From NCBI GenBank assembly GCA_000092065.1, contig CP000597.1: DNA of 64,000 bases. One strand, written 5' to 3'. Positions 31,545 to 42,186 of the stretch are shown piece after piece (position 1 is the stretch's first letter; every line of letters starts with the position of its first letter). The position numbers were made by a program, and so were the translations under genes. The stretch is from Ostreococcus lucimarinus. Its lineage: Eukaryota. The notes under the pieces were generated by a model. That model saw nothing but the letters and a program-made list of their open reading frames with translations, ran no database searches and was not told the DNA's origin.

Positions 31545-32558
31545 GCTCGCATGCTCGAATCGCTCGCGGAGTCCGCCGGTGAAGCCGGTGACCTCGTGCG
31601 CGATCACTTATCGGCAATGTTAGAAACATTCAAGGTATTGCTCACGGAGTCGCTGGAGCGACGTGCGGAGCGGAACAAGCGCGCGGGCACGGACGATTTC
31701 GATGAAGAGGAAATGCACGCGCTGGAGGAGGAACAAGAAGCCGAGGACGAAGTGTTTGATCAATTCGCCGAATGCGTCGGGTCTTTGTTGAAAAGCTTCC
31801 ACAGCGCGATTCTTCCGTCTCTTGAGCCATTGCTCGCGTTCATCGTGCCGCTGCTGGACAAGAACAGGAGCCCCGCCGAGCGACGTATTGCGATTTGCGT
31901 GTTCGATGACATTTTTGAACACGCGAGTGACGGTGGCGGCGCTCTCAAATATCTCGACGGTTTCGTATCGCCTTGCATCGCTGGATGCACGGACAACGAC
32001 GCGGATGTGCGCCAGGCGTCTGTTTACGGCGTCGGCGTGATGTCCGAGCACTGCGGCCAAAGCTTTAACGCTCACGTGCCGAGCGCGCTCAGCGCGCTCG
32101 CGAGCGTCATTCAAGCGCCGGGCGCTCGAGACGATGAGAACATCTACGCCTTCGAGAACGCGGTCGCCGCGCTCGGGAAGATGTGTGAATTTCAGAACGC
32201 CGCCTTGGACGCTAGCGTCATCTTGCCTTCGTGGTTGGCGAGCTTGCCGCTGACGGAGGACAGGGTTGAGGCGAGAAACGTGCACGCGCAACTCATGCGC
32301 CTGCTCGAGAGCAACGGGCAAGCCTTGATGGGTGCCTCTTACGAGCACCTTCCCCGCGTCGTCAGTGTACTCGCGGATGTTTTACCAACCTCCGGTTTGA
32401 GCGCGAAGCTCCGTCTCGTCGAGCCCGAAGTCGCGGCAAAGATGAAGGCGTTCCTCGTGCAAATGCAATCGAGCCTTCCTCAAGACAAGCTCAGCGCCGC
32501 GTGGGGCATCTTGAGCGCGGAGAAACAAGCCGCGCTGCAGGCGGCACTTCAAGGTTAG
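31545..32558 (+). CDS. importin-beta family protein (importin-5-like), exon 2 to stop
   Basis: Continues the HEAT repeats. Total length is 1116 aa, close to IPO5/Kap121-sized proteins. Confidence 0.8.
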   Translation, partial: ARMLESLAESAGEAGDLVRDHLSAMLETFKVLLTESLERRAERNKRAGTDDFDEEEMHALEEEQEAEDEVFDQFAECVGSLLKSFHSAILPSLEPLLAFIVPLLDKNRSPAERRIAICVFDDIFEHASDGGGALKYLDGFVSPCIAGCTDNDADVRQASVYGVGVMSEHCGQSFNAHVPSALSALASVIQAPGARDDENIYAFENAVAALGKMCEFQNAALDASVILPSWLASLPLTEDRVEARNVHAQLMRLLESNGQALMGASYEHLPRVVSVLADVLPTSGLSAKLRLVEPEVAAKMKAFLVQMQSSLPQDKLSAAWGILSAEKQAALQAALQG

Positions 32559-32694
32559 GACGAAACGCTAGAAATACAACACAGAGACTTCATCAAACAC
32601 GCGCGCGTCGCGTCATATATTCGTTCGTTCGTTTTAAATTAAAACCTCCTCGAGCGCGTTCGATTCGAAACGGAACGCGAAGAGACTGCGACGC

Positions 32695-33099
32695 TCACTT
32701 CCAATGCTCTTTCACCTCTTGCACCCAGCCGTATCTTCCATCGTACTTGGACGGGTCCCAGTCCGGTAAATCACTCGCGCTTCCCGCGCCGAGATCATTC
32801 AATTCGTGCGCCGTCAACAACCTCTCATCGCGCGTCGCCGCGCTCGCCCCGCACGACCCCACCTTTAAAACCGCGCCGTACCGCCCGTCCTCGAACGCCA
32901 ACAGTTCGTTAAACATCCCGAGCCGTATCTTCAGCCTCGAAAACTTCGCCCCCGTCGCCAGCGCGATCGCCTTTCGCACGTCCGTCTTCGTGTCCGTCGC
33001 CTCGACGTCCACGTCGACGTACCACACCGCGAACGCCCCGAGCTTCGCCTCGCGCGCGTTTTCCACTGGAAAGTAACACGTCACGCGCGTCTTCACCAT
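32695..33099 (-). CDS. small hypothetical protein (134 aa), possibly ubiquitin-like/beta-grasp N-terminal domain
   Basis: ATG at 33099 (MVKTRVTCYFPVENAREAKLGAFAVWYVDVD...). Composition is protein-like. The upstream part of the track ORF is low-complexity and probably untranslated. No family assigned. Confidence 0.4.
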   Translation of the reverse strand: MVKTRVTCYFPVENAREAKLGAFAVWYVDVDVEATDTKTDVRKAIALATGAKFSRLKIRLGMFNELLAFEDGRYGAVLKVGSCGASAATRDERLLTAHELNDLGAGSASDLPDWDPSKYDGRYGWVQEVKEHWK

Positions 33100-33333
33100 C
33101 GCGTCTCGCGTCGCGCCGACGAAGGCGTCGCGCCGTCGTCGTCTTTCGTCGCTTTCGTTTTCGGTTCGCGTCGCGCGAGTGACGCGCGCGTTCGCGTCGC
33201 TTTCGCGTCGCGCGCGCGCGTCGACGCGTCGGCGTTTTCGTGCGTTTTTTTTCGCGTCGGCGTCGCGCGCGGTGTGATTTTCGCGACGCGATTGTCCCGC
33301 GCGTCGACCGTCGACGCCGCGTTCGCGCGCGCG

Positions 33334-34002
33334 ATGCGCGTGTTCGACGTCCCCGAGCCGCGCGCGCGTCCGCGCGACGACGTCGCACCGCCCGGACCGC
33401 CCGGACGGCGACGCGTCGCGCGCCCGACGCCGCGCGGACGCGAAAACGATGGCGAAAACGCGACGTCGAGCGACGACGACGCGACGGATGACGATTCGAC
33501 GCGCGAGAGCGACGACGCGAGCGACGAAAACGGCGGCGCGAGCGAACGACGCGCGCGGTATCGAAGCGTCGCGGGCGCGGGCGACGGGGCGCAGTGCTGC
33601 GTGGTGGGCGCGGACGGCGTCGCGCGAGGGGTGTGGCGCGCGACGCTCTTCGCGGAGGACGACGCGAGGGACGACGACGCGAGCGTCGAGGACGCGTTTC
33701 GAGCGCTGGTGGCGAGGAAAGAGCGGCCGTGGGTGGTGGTGCTCGCGCGGGGGGGGCACTTCGCGGCGAGCGCGTTCGACGCGAGGGAGATCGGGGAGGA
33801 GGGAGACGCGCGGGCGAGCGCGGCGAAGAGACGCGCGACGGCGAGTCGGTACGTCGTGCGAGCGAAAGCGGGAGGGAGGCAGGTGAGCAAGGACGGGGTG
33901 AAGAATATAAAGAGCGCGGGGAGCTCGATGCGACGGGCGAACGAGCGGGCGCTGGAGGCGGACATGCGAGAGGCGTTCGCTTCGATGAAGACTGAGTTGG
34001 AG
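33334..34002 (+). CDS. Vms1/ANKZF1-like ribosome-quality-control peptidyl-tRNA hydrolase, exon 1 (VLRF1/eRF1-like domain)
   Basis: ATG at 33334 (MRVFDVPEP...). VLRF1-like core RPWVVVLARGGHFAASAFD ... RAKAGGRQVSKDG. A donor GAG|GTGCGAG at 34003 is proposed. An alternative donor at 34105 is not excluded. Confidence 0.5.
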
Positions 34003-34408
34003 GTGCGAGACGACGCGCGTTTTCGCGAGCGTCGCGACGACGATCCGGATGATGAAGAACTTGCTCCCGAGACGGACGGCGCGCGCGTCGTCCGAGTGGC
34101 TGCGGTGCGCTCGCGCGTGAACGCGCGCGAGAGTAGACGAAATCTGTGTTCACGCCAGAGTCGGTGGGCGGCGAAGACGAGGCAAAGTCAAATTTGTCTC
34201 GACGACGTCGCTCCGCCTTTTCGAGCACGGATGCGGGTGGAGTTATCACGCTCTCGCGCGATCGTTCGCGCGCGCGTTGCGTCGCGTGAAGGTCGTCTAT
34301 GAGCGGTTACGTTATGAGAGCTGACGGATTGATTTTTTCGGCGAGCGACCGCGATTCGCGTACTGAATTCACCGACTGACGCGCGTTTGTACTCGTCGAC
34401 CGCGGCAG

Positions 34409-35176
34409 AGCGCGAGTCTGATTTTTGTGAGCGTCAGTAAAGTAGACGCGAGGACGATTTTCAACGATAAGAACCCGATGCTCGATAGGAAGGATCCGCG
34501 CGTGCGGCGCGTGCCGTTTATGACTGGCCGGCCGACGTTCAACGAGACGAGACGCGTCATCGGTCGCCTCGCCACCGTAAACTTAAACGTCGTTGAAGAA
34601 GAAGAACGATTGGACGAAGACGCCGACGCGCTCGCGGGATTGGCGGATACAAAGTTTGTCATCGCGGCGAAACCGAAGCCGCCGCCAATCGAGGCACCGC
34701 CAGAGGCAGAAGTCGAAATCATCCCTGAGCCGGAATTGCACGCGGCGGCGAGAGCGGGAGATTCCGAGCGAGTGCTTCATCTCCTCATCGAAGAGAACGC
34801 CGATCCGACGGAGTCGTATAAAGGAAAGTTGCCGTACGTAGTGAGTAAGGACAGAGAGACGCGCGACGCGTTCCGCCGCGCGATGGCGCAAAAGCCAGAC
34901 GCGTGGGACTGGATCGGTCGCGCCGCGGTGCCGAGTGCGTTGACCGAAGAACTCGAAGCGAAGAAGGCCGCTAAAGAAGCGGAATACGAAGCGGCGCGGA
35001 AGGAAAAAGAGAAAGAGCGCAAGAAGGCGCAGAAGGAACGCAAGAAGAAACAATCAGCGGCGGCGGCACTCTTGGAGAAAACGGCGGCGCCCGCCTCGAG
35101 CGGTGTCGCGGAGAAGAAATCCGCGGCGTTGGTGGAGCAGGTGGACAAAGTTTCGAACGATCGCCGCGAACAAATG
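34409..35176 (+). CDS. Vms1/ANKZF1-like protein, exon 2 (ankyrin repeat plus Lys/Glu-rich coiled coil)
   Basis: Acceptor cgcggcag| at 34408, phase 0. The ankyrin repeat reads LHAAARAGDSERVLHLLIEENADPTESYKGKLPYVVS. The exon ends ..REQM| with donor GTGAGTG at 35177. Confidence 0.55.
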
Positions 35177-35295
35177 GTGAGTGTTTACGTCGTCATCGCT
35201 CGTTTTTCTTGATGTTTTCCTCGACGTTTTTCTCGGCGATTTTCTCACCCTCGATCGGTCGACTCATCATTGGATCACGTTTACTAACGAAACAG

Positions 35296-35424
35296 GCTCT
35301 CGCCGCAGAGCGACGAATGCAAGCGCAAGAAGCGGCGCGCAAAGCCAGCGTCGGCGCGCTCGGGGGCGCGCGCTTTCGCGATACGACTACGATCGGTGGT
35401 GGGCCGACTGGGCCGACGCAGTAA
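35296..35424 (+). CDS. Vms1/ANKZF1-like protein, exon 3 (C-terminal VCP-interacting-motif-like ALAAERRMQAQEAARKA)
   Basis: Intron 35177-35295 has a canonical TACTAAC branch point and the acceptor gaaacag|. Exon 3 is in frame to TAA at 35422-35424. The sequence RxxxALAAERRxxAxxAA matches the VIM consensus. Confidence 0.55.
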   Translation, partial: ALAAERRMQAQEAARKASVGALGGARFRDTTTIGGGPTGPTQ

Positions 35425-35629
35425 CGCGCTCTTGCGCGAGAACGCAGAGGCGATGGCGAAGGGCGCGTTCAGTGGCATCGCGATCGCGGTCGTGCTTCAG
35501 AGCACGGCCCGGACGGCGCGTAACGGACGTGAAAAGGCACGATTAGGACGATGGCGAGATAGATAGGATGTTGTAGACAACGAAAACTGTGTAGTGTACG
35601 GGTCGGGTTGAAAAGAATCAGAGATAAAT

Positions 35630-36640
35630 TTACGGCGCGGTGCTTTCGATCGTCTTCAAGCACTCCACGACGCTCGCGCCATCGAGCATCTTTTCCGTCA
35701 ACGTGTCCCACGCGCTCTTATTCGTCTTAAGAATGCTCGCGGCTTGGAAGACGGCCCATCGCGTGAGCTCTTGCTGCGACGCGTCGGAGAGCTTCGGGTC
35801 GACTCGGTTGAGAATTCTCTGCAAATCGTACAGATCCGCGCTCTGACCCATGACTTCGTCGAACTCCATCGCTTCCGCCGCGACGCCAGACATGCTCACC
35901 ACGGCGAGCGGGAGCATCTCGCTTTCGCTCAGTTTCGCGCCTTGAAAAATTTTCCGCTCCAGCTTGGACTCCATAAAATTCACGTGCGACTGATCGATGC
36001 CGAGATCGTACGACCCCACGGGCACGCCCAGCGCGTACCCTACCAAAAAGTGCCCAGCCTCGTGTCTCGCGATCCTTCGTCGGTACTCCGGGTTCACCCT
36101 CGCCAACCGATCCGTCGCCACGCGCAGCAACCCGGGCGCCGTCGACCCCACCGCGAGCACCGCCAACGAAATCCCCCCGATCAAATACGCCCCGAACGCC
36201 CCCCAATCCCCCGGAAGCGTCGCCCCCACCACCGTGGCCAACAAGCTCGTGCTCAGCGTCACCGTGACGATGAGATTAAAGTCATTCGCGTCGCTCGGTC
36301 GCGCGATTTGTTCCGGCGCGCACTTCAGCAGCCGCTTCAGTTCATTAGGAAACACGTTTCGTCGCTGCATCGGCGCCTCGCCCGCGCTGTTCCACACTTT
36401 CACCGCGCCCGAGTCTTTCAAAGTCTTCAGCGCCGCGCGCACGTCCGTCGTCGCGCGCTCCAGCGCCTCGGCGCGCTCGCTCGGCGGCAGCGCGCGAACT
36501 TTGGATAAAACGTCATCGATGGCGTCGTACGACGCCGCGGGCGACGCGCGAGCGACGACGACGCGCGAGCGACGCGCGATGACTCGCGCGTGACGCCGCG
36601 CCGGCGCGGGGGCGCGCGCGGACGACGTCAACGTGAACAT
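35630..36640 (-). CDS. organelle-targeted FtsH-like peptidase-M41 domain protein lacking an AAA module
   Basis: ATG at 36640, with a basic presequence. The zinc-site motif IARHEAGHFLVGYALG (HEXXH) resembles the FtsH M41 block (AYHEAGHAIVG). Two TM helices. No Walker motifs. Confidence 0.6.
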   Translation of the reverse strand: MFTLTSSARAPAPARRHARVIARRSRVVVARASPAASYDAIDDVLSKVRALPPSERAEALERATTDVRAALKTLKDSGAVKVWNSAGEAPMQRRNVFPNELKRLLKCAPEQIARPSDANDFNLIVTVTLSTSLLATVVGATLPGDWGAFGAYLIGGISLAVLAVGSTAPGLLRVATDRLARVNPEYRRRIARHEAGHFLVGYALGVPVGSYDLGIDQSHVNFMESKLERKIFQGAKLSESEMLPLAVVSMSGVAAEAMEFDEVMGQSADLYDLQRILNRVDPKLSDASQQELTRWAVFQAASILKTNKSAWDTLTEKMLDGASVVECLKTIESTAP

Positions 36641-36781
36641 CGATCGGATCGGCGCGTCTCGGTGTGACGCGCGGGCTCGCGCGGCGAGCGCGAGCGAGCG
36701 CGCGAGAGATTGAATAACGATAACGATGAGATAAGAAAATCGAACGACGGCGTGCGACGGTGAACGAGCGCGACGAAGTGA

Positions 36782-38323
36782 TCACGCGGTGAAATCGACC
36801 TCGTTGGCGAGGATTTGCTCGAGGGTTTGCTTGCGACGAATGACGGCGAAACCGGCGCCGTCGGCGAGTCGCATGACTTCGGGAGCCTCGGGGAAGGAGT
36901 TGTAGTTCTTGGAACTCATGCCGGCGCAGTAGGCGCCGGACCCCTCGATGACGACGTAATCGCCGATGTTGACTTCGCCCATGCGACGCTCGGAGATGGT
37001 CTCCGGCTCGTCCGGGGCCGGGGTGAGCAAATCTCCGGATTCGCAGCAGTGCCCGACGACGACGTAATCGGCTTGCGCGGCGGGCAATTCGCCAGCCTTG
37101 CTCACCGACACCAGCGGGTGCTGAGAGCCGTACAAGCTCGGGCGTAAGACTTCGGTCATACCCATGTCGAGTTTCAAGAACGTGTGCCCTTCGGCGGTGC
37201 CGGTGACGACCTTGTCTTGCACCGAGGTGACGACGGCGCACGAGTTGGCCAACAAAAACGTACCGGGCTCGATTTCGAGCTTTAACTTACGTCCGGTCTC
37301 CTTCGCGAACGCTTCGAACGCTTCTTTCACCGGCACGCCGACGACGGCGAGATCGGTGGACTTTTCGTACGACATCCGCCCGACCTTGTAGCCGCCGCCC
37401 AGGTTGAGCGTGTCGACGCTCGGAAACTCTCGGCACAAATCCAAGGACATCCCGCTCACCTTTTGCCACACCGCCGGATCGCTTCCGCTTCCGATGTGCG
37501 TGTGCACGCGCACGACCTTCAAGTCGTACTGCTCCACGATTTCCTTCACTCGCGGCAGAGACTCGAACCAAATCCCGAACGACGAGCTCGGCCCCCCCAC
37601 GTTCGTCTTCCCCGTCCCGCCGCTGCCCAGCCCCGGGTTAAACCGCACGCCGACCTCCCCTCCCGGGAACGCCCTTCCGAATCGTTCCAACTGATCCAGC
37701 GAGCACGCGTTCACCTTCACCCCGCGTCGCACCAAATCCTCGAAAAACCTCGGCAGCTCTTGCGTCGACAGCGAGATCTCCCCCCCCTCGAATCCCGCCT
37801 TCATCGCTCGCTCGCACTCGTATCCGCTCGACGCGTCGACGTGCAGGCCAGCCTTTTTAAACGTCTTCAGGATCGCCGCGTTCGGGCTCGCCTTCATCGC
37901 GTACCGCACCGTCAATCCGTACGCGTTCGGAAACGCCCTCGCCCGCGCCGCCTGCGCGTCCAGCGTCGCGCGGTCGTACACGTACGTCGGCGTCCCGTGC
38001 GTCTCCGCCACGTCGCGCGCGTCCTCGGGCGTCAGGAACCGCAGCGTCTCCACCGCGCTCGCGCTCGAGCGCGCGCCGAGGCGCGCGCGCGGCGCCGTCG
38101 CGGTGCGCGCGCGCGTCCATCGTCCCGTCGCGCGCGTCGCGCGATCGCGTCGCGCGCGCGCCGTCGCGACGCGCGGCGCCGTCGCGGTCGCGCGCATGCC
38201 GTCTCGAGCGAGCGCTTTCGTCGTCGGCGCGCGCGTCGGCGCGTCGAGGCGTGCGGCGCGGCGACGATCGCGAAACCTCGATCGACGTCGCATCGCGACG
38301 CGCTCCGATGCGCGCGCGCGCAT
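36782..38323 (-). CDS. LYSA: diaminopimelate decarboxylase (lysine biosynthesis, plastid-type with transit peptide)
   Basis: Orn/DAP/Arg decarboxylase family 2 motifs: [20 protein letters not shown] (PLP lysine), [32 protein letters not shown]. The start may be an internal Met, because the 5' end overlaps the opposite-strand gene. Confidence 0.9.
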   Translation of the reverse strand: MRARASERVAMRRRSRFRDRRRAARLDAPTRAPTTKALARDGMRATATAPRVATARARRDRATRATGRWTRARTATAPRARLGARSSASAVETLRFLTPEDARDVAETHGTPTYVYDRATLDAQAARARAFPNAYGLTVRYAMKASPNAAILKTFKKAGLHVDASSGYECERAMKAGFEGGEISLSTQELPRFFEDLVRRGVKVNACSLDQLERFGRAFPGGEVGVRFNPGLGSGGTGKTNVGGPSSSFGIWFESLPRVKEIVEQYDLKVVRVHTHIGSGSDPAVWQKVSGMSLDLCREFPSVDTLNLGGGYKVGRMSYEKSTDLAVVGVPVKEAFEAFAKETGRKLKLEIEPGTFLLANSCAVVTSVQDKVVTGTAEGHTFLKLDMGMTEVLRPSLYGSQHPLVSVSKAGELPAAQADYVVVGHCCESGDLLTPAPDEPETISERRMGEVNIGDYVVIEGSGAYCAGMSSKNYNSFPEAPEVMRLADGAGFAVIRRKQTLEQILANEVDFTA

Positions 38324-39696
38324 CGCGGGCGTCGACGACGTCCGCGACGGGACGGACGACGACCGCGACGCGCGCCGGCGGGCGCGGCGCGCGCGCGACG
38401 CGATGGACGACGCGCGCGAACGACGACGGCGCGGCGAACGATTCGACGACGACGACGACGACGACGACGACGGGCGCGCGCACGCGACGCGCGCTCGCGC
38501 GCGACGCGGCGTCGAGCGCGATCGCGGCGATGGCGTGGCGCGCGCGCGCGGCGGGCGCGACGACGACGGTGACGTACGAGGGGAGGACGCGGCCGGCGTA
38601 CGCGTTCGACGCGGCGCTGCGGGTGGCGACGCTGCGGCGGAGCGCGCCGCCGAACGCGGCGAACGAGTTCTCGAGGACGCAGACGAACAGGGTGAAATTT
38701 AAGATGACGGCGGTGGCGAGCGTGGGGGAGATTTACGGGAGCCTGGCGAGGGGAGGGAAGAAGACGAGGGGGGCGGACGCGACGACGCTGGGCGACGAGT
38801 GGTTGGCGCCGGCGATCGCGAATGGGTTGATACGGCCGATTCCGGGGGCGGAGTCCTCGGCGTGGTTCGCGAGGTTGTCGCCGGTGTGGCGAACGCTGGT
38901 GCGGCGAGACGCGCGCACGGGGAGGGTGAGCGCGGGGGGGGAGATTTACGGCGCGCCGTACGGGTTTGGATGCGCGGTGATCGCGTACAGAAAGGATAAG
39001 CTGCCGAAGGGGGTGAAGCCACCGCGAGATTGGGAGGATTTGTTCGATCCGAGGTTGAAGGGTTTGATCGGGATGCCCAACGCGCCGCGGTTGGTTTTGA
39101 GCGCGGCGCTGAAGGCGGAGGGGATGTCCGCGAACGCGAGCGACATCGGCGGCGCGGACGGGCGAGTGAGCGCGCGCGTGCGCGCGCTGCGCGAAAACGT
39201 CAAGGTATTCGATGACTTGCAATACACGCAAGCGATCGCGTGTGGCGATTGCGCCGTCGTCATCGGGCCTTCGGAGGATGTATTTTCCGTCGCCCGTCGA
39301 TCGACTCTGATCGGTCTCGCGGTGCCGAGCTCGGGAACGACGCTGTGGAGCGATTGTTGGGTCGTGCCCACCGCGACGGTGGCGAACAAAGGCGGTGGTC
39401 CATCGCCGGTCTTAGAGCAGTGGATCGATTACACGCTTCAGCCGGCGCGCGTGAACATGCGGGTTGGCTTGAAGGGGGGGATTTCGCCTCTCATGTTTGA
39501 CGGCCGCGGCGTCGACGGCGGTTACGCTAGGTACCCCAACGTCGCTCGTCCCGTGCTCGGGAGTGATGACGGCGATATGCTAAAAGGTTGGATACCAGAC
39601 GACTCCGTGTGGTCGGCGAGCGAGTTTCAGCTTCCGCTCAGCGACCGCGCGCGCGCACAATACGTCGCGATGTCACAGGCCATCGTGCGTCGATGA
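38308..39696 (+). CDS. bacterial-type periplasmic solute-binding protein family 1 (PotD/putrescine-binding-like), probably plastid-targeted
   Basis: ATG at 38308. The presequence contains a poly-Asp/Thr tract. The mature part resembles PotD/AfuA-type SBPs ([40 protein letters not shown]). A plant 'putrescine-binding periplasmic protein-related' family exists. Confidence 0.55.
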   Translation: MRARASRASTTSATGRTTTATRAGGRGARATRWTTRANDDGAANDSTTTTTTTTTGARTRRALARDAASSAIAAMAWRARAAGATTTVTYEGRTRPAYAFDAALRVATLRRSAPPNAANEFSRTQTNRVKFKMTAVASVGEIYGSLARGGKKTRGADATTLGDEWLAPAIANGLIRPIPGAESSAWFARLSPVWRTLVRRDARTGRVSAGGEIYGAPYGFGCAVIAYRKDKLPKGVKPPRDWEDLFDPRLKGLIGMPNAPRLVLSAALKAEGMSANASDIGGADGRVSARVRALRENVKVFDDLQYTQAIACGDCAVVIGPSEDVFSVARRSTLIGLAVPSSGTTLWSDCWVVPTATVANKGGGPSPVLEQWIDYTLQPARVNMRVGLKGGISPLMFDGRGVDGGYARYPNVARPVLGSDDGDMLKGWIPDDSVWSASEFQLPLSDRARAQYVAMSQAIVRR

Positions 39697-39715
39697 AATT
39701 AGGAATGAATTTGTC

Positions 39716-39721
39716 AATAAA
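39716..39721 (+). terminator. AATAAA hexamer 20 nt after the stop of the solute-binding-protein gene, inside a 37-bp convergent spacer shared with the kinesin-13 3' end
   Basis: Exact hexamer. Its function as a poly(A) signal in this organism is not established. Confidence 0.3.
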
Positions 39722-39733
39722 TGGAATAGCGTT

Positions 39734-41710
39734 CTAGCACTTCGCTGCGGTGGTGGATAAAACCAGGGTCGATAACTCCTCCTCTTGCCTGAGGAGCGTG
39801 CGAAATTTATCGACGCGCGCGCGCAAACGTTCGACATCTGCGGCGCGTTCCGCGAGCACCGCGTCTAGTTCGTCGACGTACGCGTCCACCGCCGATCCTG
39901 GCTTGTCCACACGAGCGAGGAACTCCATCTCGTGCTTGACCATCTCCATTGATCTCTCGATGTGCCCTCGATGGGCGGCGATTATGGAGTCTTCTTCACC
40001 GAGAATGACATTGATGAGCGCGTCGTGCGCTTGCTCGGCTTCTTCTCGCGACATGCTCGCCGTCGAGTCGACGAAAGTCGGAAGCGTTGTCGCGCTCACG
40101 CTCGCGCGCCGACTCGCACTCGTCGTGGATTTTCGACCATTCACGCGCGAAGGCGCGCTCGAACCATCTTGTGGAGGCGTGGATCGAATCAGCGACTGTC
40201 GCGTTGCGCCGGGCGTCGACGCTCGCGGCGCAAACGCCATCGTGCGCGGATCCCGAGTCGGTGTCGATGCCGTGGTCAACGATGGTGGCGCCACGATCGG
40301 TTCCCCACTGCTAGTACCACGCGTGAGCTCTTTTACACGATCGGCATATCGCAGCGTGTTGAGCGTGTGCTCGCACGAACCCTCCGCCGGGGAGATGTTC
40401 GCGATCATCACCGTTCGCGAATCCCCCAAGAACGAATCCCGAAGCACTTCCGTGAGTTTTGACCCGCGAAACGGCACGTGCGACGCCCCTGAATCAAGCG
40501 CACGTATGCACTCTTTCAGTGCGAGCAGAGATTTGTTGATTTCCGCGCCCTCGATGCGGGTTTGTCGATCGTTATCCGTCGTGTCCGCGCCGCGCTCGCT
40601 CCCAGCCAAATCTATAAAGGAAAGTTTGCCAAAGATTTCCGTTGCAGGCGCGTCGTTCGGCGCTAGCGCCGCCGCCACTGCGTTTCGATGCTTTAATTCG
40701 ATCGGTTTCTTCAGCACGAGCTGTAATATTGCGTGCGATCGAGATGATTCTGCGTTAGCACCCGTGCTACCGACGCATCGAGCCTTTGTGCTGTGCTCGA
40801 CGAGTCGATCGAACGTGTCGTCGGCGTCAACGCGGTACTCTTGCAATCCAACGACGCAAATCTGTGATTTGGAATCTTCGAGCACGCGGAGTTTTCGTCG
40901 TCCGTTAAGCAAGTCGAAAACGCGTCCGCCGTAGATTTCAAACGCGCTGACCCAGAGTTGCAGATCTGCGCGACTGTCGGCGGATTCGGCTCGATTGACG
41001 GCGGCGAGAATATCCCTCGCCGCGCGTCCCGGCAACGGCTGCATCGTGTACGTCTTCCCGCTTCCCGTTTGTCCGTACGCAAAGCACGTCGCATTAGCGC
41101 GGCTGAGCGCAAACTCCACCAAAGGCGCGACCTCGCTCACGTACACGTCGTCGTTGGACGCCGACTCGTCGAAGACGGCGTCAAACGAGAAGGCGTGCTT
41201 CTCTACGAATCGCGTCAAGTCAACCTTCACTTTAGGTTCCCAAACCGTGAGCTCGCGCGAAATATCATCGCTCGTACAAATATCGCGCTCTTTTCTCGAC
41301 TGTTCTTTCGCGTTCAGCGGTCGCTTACGCACGGAAACTCGGATTTTTGACTTTCGCTGCGGCGACTTGGGCCTCGGCGTTGACTTTCGAGGTGACGGCG
41401 CCGTCGATTCGTCTTCGTCTACGTCACCACCGTCCTCGACGTTTCGTCGTTCGTCTGCATCCATCTCCGAGTTAGTTTTCGCATCGTCATCCTCGTCACC
41501 ACCTGCGTCGCCGCCCTCATCGCCATCCTTCGGCTCGGCCTCCGCCGTCGCGCTCGCGTTCGCGAAATCCCGACACATTTCCTTCACCATCCGCATCGCC
41601 TTCGCTCGATCCGCCACGTCCCGTATCCCGAGCTCGCTCAAATCGTCTCCGCGCAGCTTACAAACCTCACCGAACTCCAAATGCTTCAGATTATCGCGAT
41701 ACCGCGCCAA
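39734..41710 (-). CDS. kinesin-13 (MCAK/KinI-type microtubule depolymerase)
   Basis: The motor domain carries kinesin-13 signatures: VRKRPLNAKE, KVDLTRFVEKHAFSFDAVFDESASNDDVY, FAYGQTGSGKTYTM, ISFIDLAGSERGADTTDNDRQTRIEGAEINKSLLALKECIRAL, LTEVLRDSFLGDSRTVMI. It is very similar to plant KINESIN-13A. The track start at 41710 is a TTG. The true 5' end may lie in an upstream exon or at an internal ATG (41596). Confidence 0.85.
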   Translation of the reverse strand: MARYRDNLKHLEFGEVCKLRGDDLSELGIRDVADRAKAMRMVKEMCRDFANASATAEAEPKDGDEGGDAGGDEDDDAKTNSEMDADERRNVEDGGDVDEDESTAPSPRKSTPRPKSPQRKSKIRVSVRKRPLNAKEQSRKERDICTSDDISRELTVWEPKVKVDLTRFVEKHAFSFDAVFDESASNDDVYVSEVAPLVEFALSRANATCFAYGQTGSGKTYTMQPLPGRAARDILAAVNRAESADSRADLQLWVSAFEIYGGRVFDLLNGRRKLRVLEDSKSQICVVGLQEYRVDADDTFDRLVEHSTKARCVGSTGANAESSRSHAILQLVLKKPIELKHRNAVAAALAPNDAPATEIFGKLSFIDLAGSERGADTTDNDRQTRIEGAEINKSLLALKECIRALDSGASHVPFRGSKLTEVLRDSFLGDSRTVMIANISPAEGSCEHTLNTLRYADRVKELTRGTSSGEPIVAPPSLTTASTPTRDPRTMAFAPRASTPGATRQSLIRSTPPQDGSSAPSRVNGRKSTTSASRRASVSATTLPTFVDSTASMSREEAEQAHDALINVILGEEDSIIAAHRGHIERSMEMVKHEMEFLARVDKPGSAVDAYVDELDAVLAERAADVERLRARVDKFRTLLRQEEELSTLVLSTTAAKC

Positions 41711-42186
41711 TCCGTGCGCTCGAATGTACCTGCGCGCGCCTCGCGAGCGTCGTCAGTGATGAATACGAACGGACACCGCGCGATCATCGCGCGCGCGTCG
41801 ACGCCCTTGCCGTTCGCGAGCGCGCGCGCGACGCAAACACTTCGCTCGCGCACCATCGCGCGTCGCGCCGCGCCATCCTCGCCCTCGCGCGTCCGCGCCG
41901 TCGCGCGCCGTCGCGCTCGATAGATTCGATAGATTCGATTCGTGTTCACCGCGCGCGCACGTCGTCTCCAGCGCCTCGCTCGCCGCGCGCGCGCGCGAGC
42001 GTGCGGCGCGATCGATGTCACGCCCGTCGACCGCGCGCGCTCGCACCGCGGGCGCTCGCGCGCGACGCGCGGCGCGTCTGAATGTGCCGCGCGCGCGTCC
42101 ACCGTTGACTCGACTCGTCATTCGTCGTCGCGCGCGCGCGCGCCGACGCGCGCGCGTCGCGTCGCGCGCGCGCGCGAGCGCGCATC

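Noticed and set aside
32640-32665. GTTCGATTCGAAA segment resembling a tRNA T-arm
   Set aside because: No complementary 5-bp stem flanks the 7-nt loop, and no acceptor, D or anticodon arm could be folded around it. No convincing tRNA was found anywhere in the window.
32909-34249. 446-aa minus-strand ORF and other long ORFs (33093..33965 -, 33449..33995 +) over the Vms1-like locus
   Set aside because: Arg/Ser/Pro-rich antisense or alternate frames. The plus-strand frame carries the VLRF1 and ankyrin motifs.
37463-39231. ORFs 37463..38572 + (369 aa), 38032..39231 - (399 aa) and 38103..38702 + over LysA and the SBP
   Set aside because: Extreme Arg content (RRRRRR runs), overlapping genuine LysA and SBP coding frames.
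41711-41730. Possible splice donor CAG|GTACAT just upstream (minus strand) of the kinesin-13 TTG start, suggesting a missing 5' exon
   Set aside because: Orientation and frame do not give a consistent model (it would make the conserved N-terminal segment intronic). Left unresolved and only noted in the kinesin evidence.
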